Below, in pieces: positions 56,996-64,000 of a stretch of 64,000 nucleotides of DNA. Source of the DNA: the human T2T-CHM13v2.0 reference genome, Homo sapiens; the NCBI RefSeq assembly GCF_009914755.1, contig NC_060927.1. One strand, given 5' to 3'. Below the pieces are notes generated by a model that saw only the letters and a program-made list of their open reading frames with translations, had not been told where the DNA came from and searched no databases. Within the stretch, counting starts at the first letter, position 1. Every line of letters begins with the position of its first letter. Made by a program: the position numbers and the translations under genes.

Positions 56996-59599
56996 TAAAA
57001 TGGCCAATAACAATGATGGTGAGCATTTACAGAGTATTTGATGGTGCACACTATTCCAGTTCCTGCATTAAACACAAAAGTTTAAATAGTATATCACAGA
57101 TTTAGCCTGTCCACCTGTTAAGATCTGGGTATTAAATTTCATTGCTAGTAAGACCCAGTGTCTGCTTTTCCAGAACTAAGATCCCTGCAGCTTTCAAATG
57201 TCAGCACTTCTTTCCCTTGCAACTGTGTTAAACCAGAGCACAAGGAGGGACCTCCTGCCTTAATCTTGCTTTTCTATTTTTAAACACATGTCTTCTTTCA
57301 AAGCTTATCTATTTTATATTCTGAATACATGCATTAGCCAAGAAGAATTCAAAACATTTTAATTACTATTTAAAGAAGTAGAGATGTTGATACAGATTTT
57401 AAATTATACATGCAAGTATAATTTTTTTTTATTTTATTCTGTCATGTTCTCTATCCTGAGGAAATTTTTTCCTGATTGCAAGTCACTGTTTGTTCTGGTT
57501 TCCCTGCTTAGCTCAGGAGTGATGGCCCGTCTTCACTCTTACACAGAAATTTTCTCAGTTGCTTTTTCCAAGGGGTGGGAACCTATGTTGTATATAGTCT
57601 TAGGAACTTTCACACATATGTGTACATAAATGTACAGTAGGCAATACTAGTGACAACAGTAGCTCTCCTGGGAAAAACCCTACAGAAGAAAATGGCCCTC
57701 ATTTTTCCTATAATATCACTACCAGTAAGTTATTGTGATAAACTTTATCTTATTTAAAAGCATACCTCCCCAAGTGTTAAAACACAAAATATATCAATCA
57801 TTCTCATTTAAATCTAAGGATCTTTAAGTAATTTTGTGTGTGCTGAGAGGCATGAGATAAAGATTTCTGAGAATAAGGCTCAGCCTCCAGAGGGTGAATT
57901 TGTGCTGCACAAAACCATAAAACACCCTGGAGAAAGGAAAATCAGGATGTGGAGAAATGGGTCCAGCACTTGGCAGAGGGCCATTCCTGAACACCACCAC
58001 CAATGGCATCGTTCAGCGTGTACTTCCACATGCATTCTCACATCTAAAGCCTCCTCAGTTCTACCAGGGAGGTACTACCACTGCTACAGCAAGGAAATCA
58101 AGAATCAGAGATTAAACTGCTTTTCAAAGCCACTTTAACTTTGGTGGTTTGGTGAGACCGCAGAAATTTTCACTTCCAAACCTGTGTTTTTTGTAATACC
58201 CCAAAATTTAAGGAATCTAGGTCCTGGCTAAGGGTTGCCATAAGGACTAGAACTTGAGTACTGGTTCACCTGTGCTTCCTTGGTCCCCAGAGGTGATCTG
58301 CAGCATGTGCTGCGGAATCAGTATAGTCATGGGGCTAACAGCACACTTTTAGTGAGTTGTCAAGATCGCTAGAAAGTATCAAGAGAAAATTGGGTGTAAA
58401 ATTTAACTGGCAAATAATATAAATTATTTTAAAGTTAAACCAAAAATGGCTACTACATATTATATAATTGACTATCATTTTAAAAGACAAAACTCAAATT
58501 CAAGGACACTTTCTGTTTTAGAAACTAATGTCAGGCTAGACTCAAAGTTTCCTCATGACCACGTTATGTCTCTGCTGTTGGTGGTATTAATATTGAATAG
58601 TTCGAGAAGCACTGATGGCTTAAAAAGTCTTGTTGTTATAACAGAATGGAATTACTTTCCTTTTGCCAATGATTGTTTCTTTTGAGGTAGGAGTTGAGGG
58701 AGAGGTGAAGAGCTAAGTGTTCTCTTTTGTACAGAAGCATCCAAACATGAAGATGGCTATACAGATTTTATGCTTTATGGCACTAGCCTACCCCCATAAC
58801 TCTATAGGTTACGCGTAACATAGATATTAGCTCATTACCTTCTGAACTACTTAACCTGTTGTCAGTCACAAAGTAAGGCCACAGCATAATAACGAGTTAA
58901 GGATAGCCTATCCCTTGAGTGAGGAGAATATTTGAAGGATATGCCATGCATAAGAGAAGAAAGATCTTCATGGAGAAAAATAAATAAAGGCTGGCTTTAG
59001 TGTTTAGATCTTAGAAAAATAAGAGAGGGAGCTTTTATTTCTGTTATATCTCTGAACTTTCTCATGACTCCCTAAGAGGGTTGGAGTACATTCAAAAGAG
59101 GCAGAGAATTTTTGAAGTTGATGTCCAACATTCTAAGATGATGCTGATTTGTTGGTGATCAAAGTCAACTCTTCAGCCTGGCATTTAAAACCCTCTGCCT
59201 CACTTTATTCATGTTATATTATCAATGTTATTTTTCATTACTCCCACTGATTTTCATTCTGCACTTGCTGCCCGGTCTCTCAGGACATTAATATTTATGT
59301 TTTTTCAGTGCCCATATCATTGCTCCCAGCATGAATTAGAAACTTAAGCTCATCAAAAATAGATCCATTCTTCCTCTAATGAGTATTATTGCCTTTGCAC
59401 TTGAAATTATAAACGGCAGCTATATTTTAAGTGCTAAAATATTTCAGTTATTTCTGACAAAATCTCGGTTCAAAAGTGAAACTAGTTCTTCAAGTGACTG
59501 TGGTTTAAAGAAAGATACCTAAACCTCCTAAATAACAAAAGTATGGATTTTGTATTTTTTACTTCCATTTTATTAAAAGAAAAACTCATGTGCTTAAAA

Positions 59600-62340
59600 A
59601 ATTAAATTGTTCTAAATGACTGAAAGGGAAAAGATACAAATCTAATTGTTCTACCTTTTTTTACACTTGAGTGTAAGAAGCATAAATGTCCAATTCTGTT
59701 AGCCATGTGTGAATATATTTATATTGATATTTCTAAGTAATATGTTTGTGAACTTCTCATTTAGATATTATCTATTGACTTCTTATTCTAGTGGATTAGG
59801 ATTTAGACAGAAAACATTCTCCTCCCCACCATTTCTCCTCTACATTTCAATATAGTTATTTTATACACACTGGTTAAGTCAATATTCACCATTTATGTGT
59901 ATGACTGTCAATAACTGACCTCACTGAAATACACTCCAAATAGTCAGTTCCACTTAGTGAAACATGATTATGTTTTGTGTACTGCAAAACAATTTGTTTT
60001 CTTTTCTATGTACTTACTACAAATTCTTCTAAAATGCTTCCATTTTATCTCTCACTAAACACATTAGACAAATAATTCAGTGCATTTTATTTTTCCTAGG
60101 GAATTCTCTTTTGAAACCAATTTTCCTCGTTCTCTAATCTAGAATTGTTGTTCTCTAGGCTACTGAGTACATATTGTCCCAGAACTGTCCTACATTATCT
60201 AGTGTTGATCCCTGTTTCTTGAGCTCTGTTTTCTTAATTCTTAGTTTATTCCTACATCTTAGTGGAATATATCTTCCAAAGTTTCCTGTGAAGAAAGGTA
60301 CTTAGAAAGTCAATTGAATACTGCTGTCTAACACTGTATTAGTTTTAGCCTTAAATTTGAGAGTAGTTTGGTTGGTTATAGAATTCTAGAATTAGAATTT
60401 TTTTTTTCTTTTCAGAATCTTTGATGCATTGTCTTTTACTTTCTAGCATTGCTGCCAAGAAGCCTGAAACCTTTCTGTCCTCATATTTAGTATTTTACCT
60501 ATTTTTTGTCCATAAAAGCTTGTAAGTTTTTTTTGCCTAGATCTTGACGTTCTGAATTGTCATATTGATATGCCTTGGGGCGAGGCTCCTTTCTGTTCAT
60601 TGTAGTAGACAGACACAGAATGGCCCTTTCACCCTTGAAATATCTTTTTAAAATTTTTTTATTTTTTTATTTTTTTTATTATACTTTAAGTTTTAGGGTA
60701 CATGTGCACAATGTGCAGGTTAGTTCCATATGTATACATGTGCCATGTTGGTGTGCTGTACCCATTAACTCGTCATTTAACATTAGGTATATCTCCTAAT
60801 GCTATCCCTCCCCCCTCCCCCACCCCCACCCCACAACAGGCCCCAGTGTGTGATGTTCCCCTTCCTTGTCCATGTGTTCTCATTGTTCAATTCCCACCTA
60901 TGAGTGAGAACATGCGGAGTTTGGTTTTTGTCCTTGCAATAGTTTGCTGAGAATGATGGTTTCCAGCTTCATCCATGTACCTACAAAGGACATGAACTCA
61001 TCATTTTTTATGGCTGCATAGTATTCTATGGTATATATGTGCCACATTTTCTTAATCCAGTCTATCATTGTTGGACATTTGGGTTGGTTCCAAGTCTTTG
61101 TCTTTATTTCCTCCCCATATTTACCTGTTCAGTTCTTCTAATATTTCTGCTATATTTTTTGATCTCCTAGATTGTTTCTATAATAGTCTCATAATTTATT
61201 AGCTATTTTACATCTTTGGCCTCTTATTCCTGTTTCTGGAACTGCCTCAGTTTTAGTTTGGTATTTTCTACTATTTTTCTGCTCAAATTCAGTAATGAAA
61301 TAGCTAATTTTTCTCTAATGCTTTTTAAAAAACATATATTTTTGTTTCATGGATGCAATATTTTCTCATCTCTTTGAGGGTATAACAGATAGTTTTCTTC
61401 TTGTCAGTCATCTTTCTTTTCCTCTGTTTCTTTCATGGTCTCTGTTTCCTCTCTGGTTTTCTTTTTTTTTGTTTTTTTGTTTGTTTAGATTCTGTTTGTC
61501 ACATTGGAAGCTCCCCTCATACATTATGTAACCCATGGTTGTTCTTGGTTGTCCATTTATATTGAAGAATGAGATGTTACATTAGTGAGTTTTAAACTCT
61601 ACATGTCTGGAAGGGATTTTTGTACTAGTACAATTCACTGTAGAGAAACTTGGGCTTCAAAAGAAAATGTTAGTTTTGTTGATATGCTGGTCATTTTGGC
61701 TTTGGGCTGATCATCACTCTAAGAGCATCCTCTAATACATTACCTGAAGTTACCTGAAGTATGTACCTGGTTGCTAACGGTCTGGAAAGAGAGTGAGAGG
61801 GAGGTTAGACTTTCATTTAATGTTATTTCCAGCCTTGCAGCTCATCCCATTCTCCACAGTTCTTGTTTGTCAGTCAGTGGATTCTCTTCATTTACCTTCT
61901 TGTTCTCTTGCTTTGGGTGCAAGGTGAGAAAGGTGGTAATCAGTTGACCATATGGAGTGTGAAGTCACTTGGAGGTATAAGAACCCCACACGTATACTTT
62001 GGCGCAGTGTTCCTGTTTTTAGCCCCGTAAACCACTTCCAACTTCTGTGTTACCAGTTGACTTTTAATTCAGAGATTCTGTAGTGCTTCTGAGGTCAAAT
62101 TCCCACCAAAAAGTTCTTCCTCTGTGAGCACTTAGCTTTTCTGCTTTAATTCTCCAGGAGACTCTAAGGTAGAGCTGCTCCTGTGTTCCGTCTGCATTTC
62201 ATCTCCCCAAAAGTTTTGAAATTTTTAATCTACTGCTGTCACATTGCCTGTAGTCTTTGTCCTTGCTATTTATATACTTTATTATTAAAGTTTATGTGGG
62301 CTTTTGGAGAGCTGTGATATAAGTCTGCTATTTTATGTTT
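59600..62340 (-). mobile_element. Ancient L1M(E) ORF1/5' region fragments
   Basis: 'ggttatagaattctag', 'ttctagcattgctgccaagaagcctga', 'ttcatggatgcaatattttctc'. Confidence 0.55.
60648..61100 (-). mobile_element. Short 5'-truncated L1PA4/5-type element (about 450 bp)
   Basis: 'ttattatactttaagttttagggtac...cccattaactcgtcatttaacattagg'; ends abruptly at 'ccaagtctttg'; possible short TSD tcttt. Confidence 0.93.
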
Positions 62341-62559
62341 AAAATTCCATTTAGAGGAAGACAAGAACCAAGGTCTGATTGGGAAGAATCTTCTTTCCTG
62401 GTAATTAATGGAAGTTAAGAGACATTATATATACCCTGGGTCTTTAAATTTTTATTACTATGAAACCTGAGTAAATCTAACTGAGTAAAATTATTTTTGC
62501 TTAAATCCTCAATCCTTACATCCACTGAAAAATGAAAAGATTGAGGAAAACTCTAAATA

Positions 62560-63700
62560 GAGAAATAAAAAAACTGCCACAATGCAGCCCACAAGCTCTG
62601 ACCCATACCTTAAAAAGTCTGTGAAATATTCACTGAGGTGATAACACTAACATGTATGATTCAAGGCTATAGAATTCACAGCTCACTCTAGCTCTCAAAC
62701 TCTGGCCATTGACTAGCCTATCCTAGCCTGAATAATGTAGTAGTAGATATATAGGTGCATATTATAACAACATAAAATATATGGCATGGGATATATGGCT
62801 TGGAAGATAGCTGTCCATGAAACTGATATTAGAGGCCAGAAATGGAAGCTCATGTTACAGCAGAAAATATTTTATAATATTTTTTAAATAGTAATCTACA
62901 ACATCTTGATAGGTAGACCATAGGGATACTAAAGTGAAAGCAATTGGGTGCATTTGGCAAGGAATTAAAATAAAGGTTTGAGCTAATTAAATAACTGGCT
63001 AGCTTGAAAGCAGAAATAAAAGGGAGTAAACAGAGTTTAGAAATTTTGTAATAATGTAGAATTAGAATAGCTGATTGTCTTTATGTTCAAAATGTAAAGA
63101 TAAAATTAAGGAAGTCTTAAGACACATTAAAATTTAATTTGTTGGAATAAACCAAATTAAGGGTATGACTTTACCTCTAGTATTAAAAAACTTAAATGAA
63201 TTAAGATACCTGAAAGCAAATATAAGAATAAAGGCATAGCATTTCCAGAATAGATAGCGCAATAGGAAGACGAAATAGAAAAAAAGCACAAGTTACATGA
63301 AAACTCCGCTCTCTAAAAGATTTCTGGCACAGAAAACTTTTTGGAAGGAAATGGATTAAAAGCCTATTAAGATTTGAGAGAATTAGTCAAAGAAATCATG
63401 AAGCTGTATGTGAAAGTTTTCTGACTGGATCTTAGACACGTACCTATCATGAGCAGAATGCAGGCTGAGAAAGCTGTGCACCCTGTAAGAAGGTTGTGTT
63501 TCCCTAATACCTGTATTAGAGAAAGCCACGGAGGAAAACAGTAAAGGAAGAACCCCTCCCAGAGTGGAGTCAGGGACCACATAGAACAATGGACAAGGAA
63601 GCTATTCCCAAGAGAAAAATTAGGGCCTAAACAAGGAACATTCCCCACCCAGGGTTGGGCTTTCACAATGTTATCCAAGCTAGCTACTTACAGGTTATCT
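62560..63700 (+). mobile_element. MLT1 LTR remnant plus MaLR internal sequence
   Basis: LTR-end-like 'ctagcctatcctagcctgaata' followed by 'taacaacataaaatatatggcat'. Confidence 0.5.
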
Positions 63701-64000
63701 TTCATGTTTTAAATAAGCTCCTATAAAAATAAATCAGAAAACTGATAGCACAGAAACTTTCTACTATTGATGGTTATCTTCACAGCTTTCTTATATAACA
63801 TTCCCATAAGCCTTGAGCGATGCTTATTTTGAACTTCAGTGTGATTCAATATAGTGATTATATGTGGTACTGTTTTCTGAATGATGGGTTCCATCACCAA
63901 TTCCTCCAGTGATAGAGAGTCTACTATACTGAGCTAGGACAAAGTTAGTCTTTGTCTATGAGACTGATGATAATGAAGGTAACACAGACAAGTTAAAAAT

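Overview
This is AT-rich, CpG-depleted primate (human or great-ape-like) genomic DNA, largely made of transposable-element remains. I found no recognisable host protein-coding gene, RNA gene or CRISPR array. Every ORF with a recognisable product is a broken LINE-1 ORF2 fragment; the rest are antisense or out-of-frame reads of L1, Alu or LTR sequence, or chance ORFs. The main elements are a young 5'-truncated L1PA2/3-type element (3.0-5.8 kb), two older near-full-length L1PA15/16-type elements with nested insertions (18.7-26.2 kb and 51.0-56.7 kb), solo LTRs (MER4, MER41A, MER57, THE1, MST, LTR33), six Alus, a MER5A, and many MIR/L2/L1M relics. Nearly all L1s are on the minus strand, which hints that the window lies inside a + strand transcript. 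I cannot support a new biological system here. The most notable items are local: a microduplication that creates a STAT/NF-kB motif cluster, fold-back inverted repeats, a twin-primed L1, an L1 5'UTR tandem array, and a few candidate exons or enhancers. Repeat subfamily names come from remembered consensus features and need RepeatMasker/Dfam confirmation.
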